DNA from: Nageia nagi
Lineage: Eukaryota; Plantae; Pinophyta
DNA: 64,000 nucleotides
Direction: 5' to 3'
NCBI GenBank assembly: GCA_050084985.1
Contig: JBITNC010000001.1
Location: 70,308,001 to 70,372,000, forward strand
This document shows positions 29,475 to 43,623 of the stretch, piece after piece (within the stretch, counting starts at the first letter, position 1; each line of letters opens with the position of its first letter). A program made the translations under genes and the position numbers. The notes beneath the pieces are model-generated. The model saw only the letters and a list, made by a program, of their open reading frames with translations. It was not told the DNA's origin and ran no database searches.

Positions 29475-32400
29475 ATGAGTAATTCTAAGAGGAACAAGGA
29501 GCTCCAAATGGAGAGACTTGTGAGGGATAATGCAATCACCATTGAGAAAAGAGGGAAGAATGCCTTCCCTACAATCGTGCTAGTAGATGGCCTTGGTCAG
29601 ATCTAGATTGGGCACACACTAATCCCATCAAGACATTAGAAAAGATGGCCAAGATCCCAAATGAATAGTTGCTCAATGACACGCTTAGTCTTGGATCATC
29701 AAAGCATCCATGATCCTGTATGTTGCTCCATTCCTAGAGTTGTGCCTTGAGGTAGCCATATACTACAATATAAAGGAGATAATCCTCCTTTATACATAAG
29801 GTTCTAAGATACTAGATTTCATGATAGAGGGAATAGAGAGTGCCTTTGCATGGAGCAATGAGGGTATCATATTCACCATGATAGATTTTGTCAAATTATT
29901 CAAAAGGATGACAAATTCAAGGAATCTAATCAAAGATTGGTTGGTGGATGAGTGCAAAGATGTCAAGGTGAAGGTCTTAAGCCAACCAAAGAGGACAAAC
30001 TTCTATTTGATTGTCTTTACCATCATCAACATGCTATGTAAGATAATAGGGAAAGAGAATTATCAAAGGTTTAGGAAGGAGTTTGTTGGCTTCATACATT
30101 AGATTAGCAAAAGCAAAGAGATTAGATGGAGCAAGGTGATTAGTGATTGCATGGACCAATAGTTATCCAAGATCATAGAAACCAAAATATTTTACATGAG
30201 CTCTTACTTGGTATTCTTTCTCCTACATGGAAAGAACAGAAAATCTACCATAGTAGATACCAAGTACCTATTTGATCCAGAAATGCCAATATAGTGGAGT
30301 TACCATAGATTTTAGGTGGAAAATTAGTGGGATAAATTCAAAATGATGAATGATGGATTCAAGTACTAGATATATAAGGAGATAAAGGGGACCGCCCATA
30401 TGACCAAAATTTTATAGGTGGCAATCCAAGCTCTTCGAAGACATGCAAATTTCTATCTTGAAGAGATGGATGCTACATACATTAGGTCTACGAGTTGGTC
30501 AAAGCACCTTATAGACTTCCTCATTAAGCAAGTGATTAGTTCATATTGATGGAACTTTGTATATGCTTATTGTACCTTCATGATAAAGTTTGGTGTAAGA
30601 AAGGTACCACCACTTGTAAGTTACCCATCAACATAGGAAAGTATCAATGCACTTCCTGACAACAAGTTAAGATAATGAAAATGAAGTTGGTTTACTACAA
30701 CTTCATAGTAGAACTTATAGTGGATTACTATGACCCTGAGGGTATAATTGATGCATTGTTTAAGAAGACTTGATAAATTGATTATCCCCATAAGTCCCTA
30801 GGAAAGCTTGAAAGGTACAAAAATGTCAATGATACAGAGTAGATCAAGGAGATAAATAGTGACTTGGTACTATAAGATAAGCTTTTATAGACAAAAATCA
30901 AGAAGAAGAAGAGAGGTCTGCAAGAGGAGAACACAATAGCCAGGATACATCCTTCGATAATCCTTAAGAGGAATCCCTCGATTTTGTATCTACCTCCACC
31001 AATCTCACCTTTTGTGAGGTTGACATAGGGGCAATATGGTCAATACAATATTCTTATTATCCAACTAGAATAAACTATTGATCATACTGTACAAGGATTA
31101 TCATAAGAGATAAAGAGCACAAAAGAGACTAGTGGCACTTCACACCCATATAAACGCTTGAAGAAGTTGATGGAAGTCTCTCCCAAAGTTCCATATCGAG
31201 ATGGACAATTATATTATTCTATCCCTAGTTCTCTTGCTTCTCCTCCTTTTAGTGATAGAGAGGATGAATATGAAGTTGGTGAAGGAGATGTCTTGAGAAA
31301 GCCCTTAGAATATGACCGGATACAAGAAATACCTTACATCTCAAACGATGAACTAGAGTCATCAGTTGAAGAGATACTGATCATAAATCCTCATATAATG
31401 GAAGAACTTGTACAAGTAACAAGACCTACCTCTACGTGGGCTTCTACACCTCAATAACCAAAGAAGACACCTCCACCTTAGAGAAAACCTCCACCTTACT
31501 CCAAGAAGGACTTCAACATCTATGGGAGTAGCTTCCTCATCAGGAGGTGATGGAGGAAATGCGGAGGATGAAGGTGAAAATAAATATCAGAGGAAAGAGG
31601 ATGAACACCAAGGGAATCTCAAGAGATAAGTGGTTACAGTTGTTGATCCTGAATCGAGTTATAATTTCAACATGGAGGCACTTCTAAATAATTTAAGAGT
31701 ATATCATCCATTTGAAGCCCATGCCAACCTTGAAGTTGATCAAGATTCAGATACTAAACTTGAGCATAAAGCCACTTATATCTTGATGAAGGATAACTCC
31801 ATCGTCACTGATATTACTGTTGCATGAAGAAAAAGAAATGCCAGTGGGGACTTTATATTAGTGGTAGAAATAAAAGAGGAACCATGTAAAAAGATTGAGT
31901 CTATGGGTAGACAACATGCAATAGTCACAAATTTTGTGGTGCTAATGAAGGAGAACACTTCACAAAATATAGAGCTTAGGGAGCTTAAGAGAGAATTGGA
32001 TGGGCAAAAGAAGTTGATAGTAGATATCCAAGCTACTAACCTGATAGTTGAAGACATCAAAAAGGAGATTTCCTTGAATACTAAGATTCAAGCAATCAAA
32101 GAAGAGTGGATAAAGGATACCAAAGAAGTCATCTAAGAGTTATTCTTAGGAATAACTATTTTTTTATTCAAGATACCAAATTGTTCACTGTTCAAGGCAA
32201 GATCCATGAACTGATTACTAGGTGAGGTAATAGTTATCCAGTGATGCATGATTTAAGGAGGAAAATTTCTAGCAAGCCAATAATACTAGAGTACTATCAT
32301 CAATTCCTTTACTAGTATGATTGGCTATTCTATACTATCATGAAATATAAGGATTTCATCCAAGTTCGAGAAAATTTCAAAGAGGACATGAAAAGAAAGC

Positions 32401-32726
32401 TAGAAGAATACAAGTTTGATCTGAAGTTGATCAAGGAAGAAGGATGTAGCAGGGACTATGGTACAATGATGAATGAAGTCCAGCTGATGATTGCAAACTA
32501 TGTCAAGATTGAGGATATCAATATCCTTAAATCTAAAAAATATATCAAGTATGGAAGCGATATGGTAGTATGGTGTACCAAGATGAAGAATACTTCAAAG
32601 ATCATTAATGCGTATCTATTGGTGAATGAAGGAATAATGGAAATTCCCAACATTGGAATAAAAAATACAAAAACCTTCATGGCACTAACTTCAAGGTATT
32701 CATCGCATCACATGTGCAATATGTAG
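29475..32726 (+). pseudogene. Decayed ~1000-codon retroelement accessory ORF (globular N-terminus, acidic linker, coiled-coil C-terminus)
   Basis: Chain of plus-strand fragments (29821, 31158, 31630, 31861, 32340); motifs WSKVISDC, IFYMSSYLV, PYRLP; heptad-like E/K-rich C-terminal part. Confidence 0.65.
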
Positions 32727-33872
32727 ATTAGCCATCATGATTATAGTTATGTTTGAAAATTTTGTAGATTAGTTAGTGGAGAAAGTTGAGCACTAAAACT
32801 CGACTAACCCTGATCTCATGATCAATTAGCCTATCAAGTAGAGCACCAAAATTCAATTAACTTAGTCGTAGGAGGTAAATATGTAATATTTTAATATTTT
32901 TTATAGAATTAGAGAAACACTTGGGAATTATAGAAATTTTATAAATAGACCCTAGGGGTCACTTTTATGTAGAATGAAAATTTGGAGAAAAAGTTCAAAA
33001 TTTTTATAAGGGAAGATAATTTTGGAAAATTTTGTGTAACTCTTTTGCATGCTAATACAAAGTGGTGACTTATTTTCTCAAGTAATTTTGTTATTCATGG
33101 AGTGGTGAATGAGATTTCTTTTATGGTTTTCTTTCACAGTTTGAATGTTTTCATTTCTTTCCTTGAAAACTTTCAAGTTTTAGGAAAAAATAGTAGTTCA
33201 AATTTGCAAAAATATTTCAAATTGCTTTAATTTTACTATCTTTTGCTTCTTTTACAATGAAACAAATATATTTTGAAACTATTTCTTTTCTACATCTTAT
33301 TTGAAGCTCTCATTCAAACATGGTTCTAGAAGCTCACATTCTACACTAAGTTTCTTTGATTGCATCGGTCCCACTCATGGAGTACCGATAATCAATCTCA
33401 CCTTGTGCTCTAGATTCAAAGCTAATTAGAAAATAGTCATTAATTTGAACTAGATTGAATGAATGCGAACTTCATGATTGATTAGAAATATCTTATTTTA
33501 TACAATGCTTTGTTATGAAAATTGTCTTGTGCAATAACTAGTATTGGATTTTATTTTTATTTGATGATTTTTATCCTTCTTGCATTATTTTTTTTACAAA
33601 ACTAGAGCAACTTTCAATCATTGCAAAAACACCTTGTCCCTTAAAAAAATGTGAGTTAATAACCTCTACCTCTATCAAACCAATTGAGTTCATTCTCCTG
33701 AATGATATAAAATTGTACTACTTCAACAGGAACATGAACAAACCTTGGGGTTTTAATCCTTTCAAGAGGAGGTAAGTTATGTTATCTCACCTAAATGTTG
33801 GGTGCTTGTCCCTTCTTTATTATGTGCAAGCAATCATAGATCAGTAGGAAAGGTTTCTATCCCAACAAAACC

Positions 33873-34363
33873 TTGTTATCACTCAAGTGAATATATATTA
33901 TCCATCTAGATGATCATATGCTTAGTTCTACTTGTCATCATATCTAATGTCATTGATCCTAATTGGTGAGCCTAATTCTTTCAGAACATTAATGCTTGCA
34001 CAAAGCTCTTAGAGATTATTACTTGTGCTGGTATTTCTTCTACAGTTAGGCTTGGGGTTCTCACAACAAGTTCACTACACTTCAATAAGTTCATTCACCA
34101 TATCCTCGATTATGACATAGGTAAGGACACATAGGTATTTATCTTTCACTTGATTCCTTTCTCTTTAGTGTGTTTAGTTTGTTTTACATCTTAACATCAA
34201 TGTAATTCATTGCTTTGTTACTTCACTATTATACTTATGTTATATTCCCTTATTCATGTATGTTTATTTGAGTTAATTAGCTTAGATAAATCATACTTAA
34301 ATTTTTATGTGTATTTAGTTCATTTAGGATAAAACCCAAGGTGTACCAAAATACATATCAACA
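33873..34363 (+). repeat. 3' LTR of the Tat-like Gypsy, second part
   Basis: Matches ~2976-3481; ends ATACATATCAACA. Confidence 0.88.
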
Positions 34364-35034
34364 TACACATTAAAATTCCTTAGGTTTTGATTCATTTTTA
34401 AAGGTATTCTTTTGAATCCCCTTTAGAGGATTCTCCCATTACTCTTGCCATCGACTCTCAAATTTTTACCATAAAATATTGAAAAATCTAAATGTAAACA
34501 CTTAACTACCCATACAATATTTTCAAAGGATGAAATATAATACCAAACATAAGAAGGATAGAAGGTTTTGAAAAAAAAAGCACATAATTTTCAACACTAC
34601 TAAAAAAGGTGAAATCACGTCTATGCAAGTGTTAGAATGTAGTGTTTTTTTATTTTTTATTTTATTGTTGTTTGTATCTTGATACCATAGATGATGTTAA
34701 ATGCTACTTCAAACTTAGCATCAACTTTAAAGACACTTAATGTCATCCCTAGCATTAGCCCTAGTGTCAAAAAGTCTCTAGCATTAAAACAATCGCTATA
34801 TGCATGGGGTTTTATGATATATGCACAGGGTTTACATTATATGCATGGGGTATGTAAACTTGATATATGCATAGATTATCTAAACTTGATATACATATGG
34901 AGGGCATTGGAGGTTGCAAATTTGATGGGCATCAAACTTTATGCAAAGCCCTCAAGGCATAGATGGTGTGGGGTTATCAGCACCTAAACCCCTCCTCACT
35001 GATGATGCATATCCTACCTTCGTAATGCCCCCCC

Positions 35035-35690
35035 CACGTGCATCCTTTCTGACATATTTTAGATGTAGTACATGTCATAAGTCAGAAAAAACCATTTTTT
35101 GACAACAACAAGGGAAAATCACAAGGCAGTTCTTTTACCATTTTTATTATTTTTGTTAGGTATAATTGCAAGATGATCATACCAAACTGCCTTGTGATTC
35201 TACCATGATTTTTTTGATTTATTCAAGTATAACCACAAAGTGATTATACCAAATTGCCTTACAATTATACCATAACTTTTTGATTTAGTCAGGTATAATC
35301 ACGTTGAATTTCCTTGCGATTATATCACCATTTTTTATTCTTGTACCAAACTACCTTACGATTAGATCTAACTTTTTTTATATTTTTCCTAGGTATAATT
35401 GCAATGTGATCATACCAAAATGCCTTTGATTAGACTTGACTTTTTTTATTATTCTTGGGTATAATCACATCTTTTTTTGTGCCAATTTTTTGAAATTTTT
35501 TTAAGTATAACCACATTGCGATTATACTTATGAATTTTTTTATTTTCTCAAGTTTAATCGTAATGCAAATATACCAAACCACCTTGCGATTATATCCTAA
35601 ATAGAATTTTTTATTTCTATTAGGTATAATTGTAATGTGATTATACCTTTTTTAGTATAATCACTTTGCAATTATACCAATTTTATATTA
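35035..35690 (+). repeat. Left TIR with subterminal GGTATAAT(C/T)GCAA...TTG(C/T)GATTATACC repeats
   Basis: Repeated quasi-palindromic motif, inverted relative to 52700-53168. Confidence 0.75.
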
Positions 35691-37338
35691 AAAAAAGAAA
35701 AGTGTGGATCTCAAGATGCAATCAATAAAATTTAAAATTTCATGGATCTCAATGTGGCTTTTGGGAGAGCTTTAGGGTTTCAATAACATCAGGAGGGACA
35801 CTAGTTCTAGTTATAGTTCTAAACTAAGGTAAATCCCTCTAAATCTTGCTATATCACTCTTTGGATGCAAAAAACTTGGCTTAACTCTATGTTACTTGCA
35901 AATTATTTTGGATTACAAAAGTTTTGAGATAGCTCCAAGGTTTCAACAATGTCAAGTTTTTGAACTGAGGTAAGCAGTTCATCACGTGCATGGCTTGTGG
36001 CCAGTGTTTTATCCCTTGACCCTTGGGCATTGTTTTCTATTTTTCTATGACCATTTCTTCTTTTCAACTCTTAGACTATATTAGAACCAACCAAAATATA
36101 TTAGAAAGTTTGTTTAGCTTTAGAAGAGAGGCTTTGGACTATAATTTGATGAAGAGAGGCTTCTTCATCCCATTCTCTTTCGCAAAAATATCCATCATAG
36201 ATATTGAGATATATATCTAACTATAAAGAGTAATCAAGTAAAGTTATATATGAAAACATCAACTTTGTTGCAAGATGATTTCGATTTAAAGCTTTAGAGT
36301 TGTAGCAATTTTACTTTTCAAAGGCCTCACTTTGGATTGAGCAACCATATCATCTACAAAAAGAATGACACAATTAGTGTACAACCTTAATAATATTATC
36401 AATCTAAATTAGAGCTTTCTTAAAATAGTGAAATCAAAAGCTACAAAGTTTGATGGAGCCAACTATTATGGAACTCAAGAATAAACAAAAAATTCATCCA
36501 AATTGAATGGTAAAATACAAATAGAATCAACAAGAATTCTCTTGTTGTCTACAGAATTTGAAGACTAATCGCATGTAATACAAGGGCAATACTCTGCATT
36601 TTAGAAATCAAATACTTTATGAAAAACAAAAAACCTTCTCAACAAATGTGGTATCCATTTCTTGTCTTATAATTGCTTTGATGGCGATCCTAAATGCTCA
36701 AACTGTAAATCAAACTTATTAGTCCATGGCTCCATGCAATATCGTAAAGAATGCTTCCTTGAAGAGGATGTTCAATAGTTTGATATAATCCATGGACCAA
36801 CTAGAATCTAGACCATGAATATAGAACCTATTGGAACAAGCCTTCTACCACTTAACTACCAATCATTTTGTTTAAGTTTTTATTTTGGTGAATGGATTTT
36901 CAATAGTTCATTGTCCTATGATTTTGAGATCTACAAATTATACTCAGAGGCAAGAGGATTCACCGCAAGTCATCATTTCAAACTTGGCCAAAAGGGGTTA
37001 TTTTACTTACCTAAAACCATAAGCTAGGTCTTTAAAATCAAGCATCCAACATGCATTGGAGCACCACTCTAAACTTCCAAACAACCCATTTCTCCAAATT
37101 GGTATCATAAGAAAAGTTGATAGTTTTGTAATTTGTAGGGAAATAAGGAGAGTTAAGTAATAGATGGATGATTCCACTTGACTATTTCATGAAAGTGGCA
37201 TTTTAAGTAACATCCATCTGCTTGTAGAATGCAATCTTGCTTCAATTGCAATTTTATCAGAGAAGTAAAAAGAACATAAATAGTATATTCATGCAACTTT
37301 CATAAAACCTTGTATTGAATACAAACAACCCATTCTTC

Positions 37339-40300
37339 TGTTAGGAAATTATAATTATTACAGAGCAATAAAACATAAAAAATGTTTTAGAAATATAAGC
37401 ACAGAAAATGCATAAATAAGAGAGACACAGATATACGTGGTTCACCCAGTTTGGGCTACGTCCACACCAAATAGCCAGTCCTTCCTTTTTTATTATCCAG
37501 TAGAGTGAATAGATACAACCTACAACAGATCCGCTGTAATATCCTCTATTTTCTCTCACAGTCTCATGTATCTATTTCTCGCTCACCAAATCACATCTGT
37601 TACAATGCCCACATGCAAAAAGAGGGGTTTTTATCTAGGGAAAAAATCCCTAAACCAAACATAAGTTTAACCGTCAGATTATTTGCCTAATAAACGGCCC
37701 AGATTGACTTGAAATTACTTTACTTTTACAAGGTAATTTTTCAAACATTTTTAGCTTCCTGGGATATACATCCGGCTAAAATAAACAACTCTGAATAATC
37801 ATTCTCCACACACAACAATCTCCCACTTGGAGAATGATTGTAGCAACTCCACCGCTGCTTCTTTTGCTGGACAATGACTCCTCTTTGGACCTGGCTGTTT
37901 CTCATCTTCATAGTCATCCTTGAAGACCAATTGAAACTGAGCATATTCTTAGTTTCTCCCTGGTTACAACTTTTGTTAGCATATCTGCAGGATTCTGGCT
38001 AGTATGTATCTTTTCTAGCTTTAATTCTCCATCTTCCAACACTGATCGCATGAAATGGTACTTAAGCTGTATGTGTTTAGTCCTAGAATGAAATGCTGAG
38101 TTCTTTGCAAGATGAATGGCACTTTGGCTATCACTGTATAGCGTCCCCATATCATGCTCCTTACCCAATTCACCCATGAACCTTTGTAACCAAATCATTT
38201 CTTTACTAGCCTCTGTAGCAGCAACATACTCTGCTTCTGTTGTTGAAAGTGCAACAACACTTTGGATTTTTGAAACCCAACTAACAGCTGTTCCACCAAC
38301 AGTAAATACATATCCTGTAGTGCTCCTCCTGTTATCTCTGTCACCTGTCATATCTGCATCAACATATCCCTGTAGGGAAATGTTTGAACCACCAAAACAT
38401 AATGCTTGATTTGTGGTACCTTTCAAATATCTAAGAATCCATTTCACTGCCATCCAATGTTCCTTTCCTGGATTGTTCATGTACCTACTTACAACTCCCA
38501 TTGCATGTGCAATATCCGACCTTTTGCAGACCATTGCATACATTAAGCTTCCAACTGCTGATGCATATGGAACTTTAGACATATAATCCATGTCTTCTTG
38601 GGTCTTTGGGCACATTTCCTTACTAAGTTTGAAATGGCTAGCAAAAGGTATACTAACTGGTTTTGCATTGTGCATATTAAATCTTTTCAATACCTTTTGT
38701 ATGTACTCATTCTGAGACAATGTCAATTTATGATTTTTCCTGTCTCTAGTGATTCTCATACCAAGGATTTGTTTTGCAGCTCCCAAATCCTTCATTGCAA
38801 ATGAATTTGCCAATTTTCTTTTGAGCACATTTATTTCCTGCATGTTAGACCCTGCAACAAGCATGTCATCTACATACAATAACAATATAATATAGCTGCC
38901 ATCATTTTGCTTTTTTAAATAAACACAATGATCAGAGTGGCATCTAGTATAACCTTGTTCAGACATAAACCTGTCAAATTTTAGATACCATTGCCTTGGA
39001 GCCTGTTTTAAGCCATACAAGCTCTTCTTCAACCTGCACACAAGTTTCTCCTTCCCTTTCACCTCATATCCTTGTGGCTGTTGCATATATAACTCTTCCT
39101 CCAAATCCCCATGGAGAAAGGCTGTCTTTACATCTAACTGCTCAAGATGCAAATCTTCAGCTGCTACAAGACTAAGAATAGTTCTGATTGAAGTCATTTT
39201 AACAACATGAGAAAATATTTCATCAAAATCAATACCTTTCTTCTGTGCAAACCCCTTCACCACAAGTCTAGCTTTGTACCTCTGTTTTCCTCCATCTTCT
39301 TCCTTCAGCCTGTAAACCCATTTATTCTTCAATGTAGTTTTTCCTGCAGGCAACCTGACTAAGTCCCAAGTCTGGTTATGTATTAAGGAGTCCATCTCTT
39401 CTTCCATGGCTACCTCCCACTTCTTCCTGCTTTCAACCTGCATTGCTTCTTCATAACATTCAGGTTCACCGGAATCAGTCAACAATAAATAATATAATGA
39501 AGGAGAGTATCGTTCAGGGGGTCTACTTATCTTGGTAGATCTTCTAACATCACTTTCAGGTGTTTGGGGTGCCTATTGCTGTTGTGGTGGTTGCTGCTGT
39601 TGTGGTTGTTGGTTATTATTATTTTCAGGCACCTTTACTTTTTCAGTAATTTCATCAAGAACTACATATTCCTTATTTTCTTTTTCTTGTTTCTTTTCCT
39701 GCAGCTGATTCTTATACAAGATCTTTTCATTGAATATTACATCTCTACTCCTAATGATTTTGTGATTTTCATAATCATATAAGCGATAACCAAAATCATT
39801 AACACCATATCCAATAAAGGTACATTTCTTTAACTTTGCCTCAAGCTTTGTTCTATTTTCTTTATCAATATGGACAAAGGCCTCACAACCAAAAGGCTTT
39901 AAAAAGGAGTAGTTTACCTTTTTACCTGTCCATGCTTCCTCTGGAACACCACCATCCAAGGAACTTGAAGGCCCTCTATTTATTAGATAAACAACAGTAT
40001 CTACAGCATCTGCCCAAAACTGTAAAGGCAATCCTACATGCAATCTCATGCACCTTGCACGCTCCATGATTGTCCTGTTCATCCTTTCTGATACACCATT
40101 TTCTTGTGGTGTTCTTGGAACTGTCTTCTCTCTACGAATTCCATGTTCTGAACAGTACCTATCAAACTCTTTACTGCAATATTCACCTCCATTGTCTGAT
40201 CTAATACACTTCAATTTCTTTCCTGTCTCAATCTCAACCAAAGCTTTCCATTTCTTGAAAGTATCAAATACATCAGATTTATTCTTAATACAATAAATCC

Positions 40301-42376
40301 AAGTTTTTCTAGTTGCATCATCAATAAAGGTAACATAATAACGAGAGCCACCGAGAGATGATACCTGAGCTGGTCCCCATACATCTGTATGCACAAGCTC
40401 TAATTTTTGGCTCTTCTTCTCTTTCCCAACTTTGAGAAATCTGACTCTCTTCTATTTTCCATAAATGCAATTCTCACAGAAATCCAAATCAACATTCTTC
40501 AAACCTGGCAACAAATTTCTTGAGTGAAGAATCTTCATCCCCTTTTCACTCATATGTCCGAGCCTATGATGCCATAATGCTGCATCTGCTCCTCTGGAAG
40601 TTAAAGCATTAACAGAGTTAGAAATACCATTGCATAAATACAATGTACCAACCTTTTCACCTCTTGCTATTACCAGGGCTCCTTTGGTGACCTTCCAAGC
40701 TTTATCTGTGAAAGTTGTCACACAACCTTCACTACCTAACTGCCCTGTTGAAATCAGATTTTTCTTTAGATCTGGAACATGCCTTACCTCCTTTAGTAGC
40801 CATTGGTTTCCATTCTGCTATTTTATAAGAACCTTACCCATTCCAACAATTTTACAAGGTTTATCATCACCCAAACGAACTTGTCCAAAATCTCCTTGAA
40901 CATAGTCATGAAAATATTTCTTATCAGGTGTGGCATGGAATGAAGCCCCTGAATCTACCACCCAGGAATCATTAATATTTTCGAAAGAAAGAATCAAAGC
41001 ATCTTGTAACACCTCACCTGTCACATTTGCTTCATGATTGTTTTCTTGCTGTGCATCTCCTTCTTTTCCCTTCCGAGATCTACAGTCTCTCTTTAGGTGT
41101 CCTTTCTTTCCACAATTCTAGCACTCTAACCCCGATCTGGACTTGGATCTGCCTTTCTTTGATTTACTACGATATCCTGAGCTCTTTCCTTTTTCACTTT
41201 TTCTTCCCCTAGAATCTACACTCAAAGCATTTCCCGATGTCTCACCGGAGCTTTTCCGTCGCATTTCCTCGCTAAGGATAGCACCGACAACATCATCAAA
41301 CTTTAAAGTACTAGATCCAGACACAGAGTTACTAATGGCCATTACTAAACCATTCCAACTTTCTGGTAATGAGCATAAGAATAACAGAGCTCTAACTTCA
41401 TCATCAAAGTCTACCTTTACAGAACATAACTGACTTGTAACAGTATTAAAATCATTTAAATGATCCGCAACAGATCCACCTTCCGACATCTTCATATTAA
41501 ATAACTATTTCATAAGAAATACCTTGTTTGAGGCTGAGGGTTTTTCATATAGTTTTGACAACGCTTGAAATAAACCCTCTATCGTTGTTTCCTTCGAAAT
41601 GTTGAAGGCAACTGATGCAGCGAGGCTCAACCGTATTGCTCCGAGTGCCTTTCTATCGAGAAGGTTCCACTCTTCATCTGTCATATTCATTGGCTTATTT
41701 GTTTTTCCGCTCAATGGTAGGTATAGATCTTTTTGATACAAATAATCTTCCATTTGCATCTTCCATAGCGAGAAATTTTGGCCATTAAATTTCTCAACCC
41801 TAAACTTACCATCTTCCGCCATTGCTCCCACTCGAACGAGGAATCCTTCTTTCCTACGAGTTTATCAGCCAAATAGACCTTCGGCTCTGATACCAGTTGT
41901 TAGGAAATTATAATTATTACGGAGCAATAAAACATAAAAAACATTTTAGAAATATAAGCACAGAAAATGCATAAACAAGAGAGACACAGATATACGTGGT
42001 TCACCCAGTTTGGGCTACGTCCACACCAAACAGCCAGTCCTTCCTTTTTTATTATCCAGCAGAGTGAATAGATACAACCTACAGCAGATCCGCTGTAATA
42101 TCCTCTGTTTTCTCTCACAGTCTCATGTATCTGTTTCTCACTCACCAAATCACATCTGTTACAATGCCCACATGCAAAAAGAGGGGTTTTTATCTAGGGA
42201 AAAAATCCCTAAACCAAACATAAGTTTAACCGTCAGATTATTTGCCTAATAAACGGCCCAGATTGACTAGAAATTACTTTACTTTTACAAGGTAATTTTT
42301 CAAACGTTTTTAGCTTCCTGGGATATACATCTGGCTAAAATAAACAACTCTGAACAATCATTCTCCACACACAACA
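37339..42376 (-). mobile_element. Young Tnt1/Tork-like Copia retrotransposon
   Basis: 479-bp LTRs 37339-37817 and 41898-42376 with ~14 mismatches by eye; iMet PBS (reverse complement GCTCTGATACCA); PPT AAGTGGGAGAT; perfect TSD TCTTC. Confidence 0.97.
37914..41831 (-). pseudogene. Copia gag-pol, one 1306-codon frame broken by five TAG stops
   Basis: All ORF pieces share one frame; KFNGQNFSLWK, C*NCGKKGH, VDSGAS, RSDNGGEY, YVDD, ADMLTK. Confidence 0.96.
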
Positions 42377-43623
42377 TCTTCTTTCCATTTTCAATTTAAT
42401 CCATTCTAAATATAAAACAATCATACCCATAAAAAACTTATAGGTCCATATTAGGCAACAACATAGACTTTTTATCTATGTGGATTAGTGTGTATCAAGC
42501 TAGCTAATATTTGAGCAAGATTTCTAAGGAGAATGTAGAGAACTCACTAGTTTCAAATTATAGTCCAAAGCTAGTTGCATATGAATATAGAATTTCACTA
42601 AGTGCATATAAAGCATAATGAATATGTTGCAAACACATTATCACAGGAGAATACACATTTGAGGCATTTAATGTTTTGATTTGTGGTGAATTGGGTATCT
42701 AAACTTTAGGAGATAATATTTTTAAATGTCAGATGCATTTTATGGGGTGTCTAGAGGTGACTTCATAATATTTAAACCCTAAATTATCTTCTAAATGGAT
42801 GAATCAAGTTGCAAGTATTGGAACTACAATTTTCAAGGAGATCATTATCAACATATAGAACATCACAATCCCTATTTTCGTCATGATAGCCACAATATAT
42901 GATCTACAAAAAATAAATATTGCTTCCACAAAATTCCCTTATCCTACAATCTTATGTGATTTACAAGCACCAAGAAGAGGCATCCGCATAGCCAAATTAG
43001 GTTTACTTCCCAACAATCCCCTTATCTTACTATCATATTGCTGTTAGGATTGATTCCTAATTAGTTTTGGTTTGGAATAAAAAATATACAGGTGGTTTCT
43101 AACATGTATATCAGGAACCTATCGTATTGGTTACATTGCATGTGTTCTGAGCTGGAAAAATCTTTTTCCCCTATGATGAACATAATATCAAGACCTTTAT
43201 ATGAGCATGCCATGTTCCATTAAGACCTTAATATGCAAACTATTGGTTTTCTTGTAACAAGAAAATGAGAATATGTGTTGGACACGATATGTTAGACATC
43301 ATTGGTAGATTTTGGGTAATGTTGTCAAATTTTGAACATTGTTGAAAGAGTTTTGACACTGTTGGCATTCCATGGTCATTGCATGGTTTCCATGATATTT
43401 TTAGTTTGCTTTTTATCTTGGATATGTTTTTTTGGGTTAAAAAATGATATGTTTTATTAATGTTTCTAGGAATTAGGTCACCTTCATTTGTTGTCATGGT
43501 CTATTCACTTGGTAGTTTGGGAATCAAATTGTTATGGTAGGTATATGTGAGTTTCTTGTTGTTCATTTAATTTTGAAAAATAATGAATATAAAAAGGTCT
43601 AATATATTATTGTATTATTATAG

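Larger units (their letters stand above)
26155..33867 (+). mobile_element. 7.7-kb insertion in the Gypsy 3' LTR; probable giant solo LTR carrying an ORF
   Basis: Host LTR resumes exactly after it; TSD GAACC/AAACC; ends TATT (mutated TGTT?) ... CCCAACA; TATA-like TTATAAATAG at ~32939. No gag/pol and no terminal direct repeats seen. Confidence 0.7.
2744..34363 (+). mobile_element. Tat/Ogre-like Gypsy LTR retrotransposon, decayed, hosting nested insertions
   Basis: 5' LTR ~2744-3481 matches a split 3' LTR (25910-26154 + 33873-34363). PBS-like TATTGACACCCACC at 3482; PPT-like AAATGGGGGCA before 25910. The 5' terminus and TSD are ambiguous. Confidence 0.88.

Noticed and set aside
34596-34644. CACTA terminus (CACTACTAAAAAA...GTAGTG)
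   Set aside because: Only ~50 bp, no distant partner end, subterminal repeats or CACTA transposase seen.
36300-37338. Possible LINE ORF2 C-terminal (zf-RVT) remnant on the minus strand
   Set aside because: Only faint motifs (PIWRN, RVLP, KFCRQQE); too decayed to call without a search.
38116-41433. Plus-strand ORFs overlapping the Copia
   Set aside because: Antisense shadows of gag-pol.
39573-41507. Programmed amber read-through in the Copia polyprotein
   Set aside because: The stops replace conserved Trp/Gln and lack a common read-through context; transition mutation is the simpler explanation.
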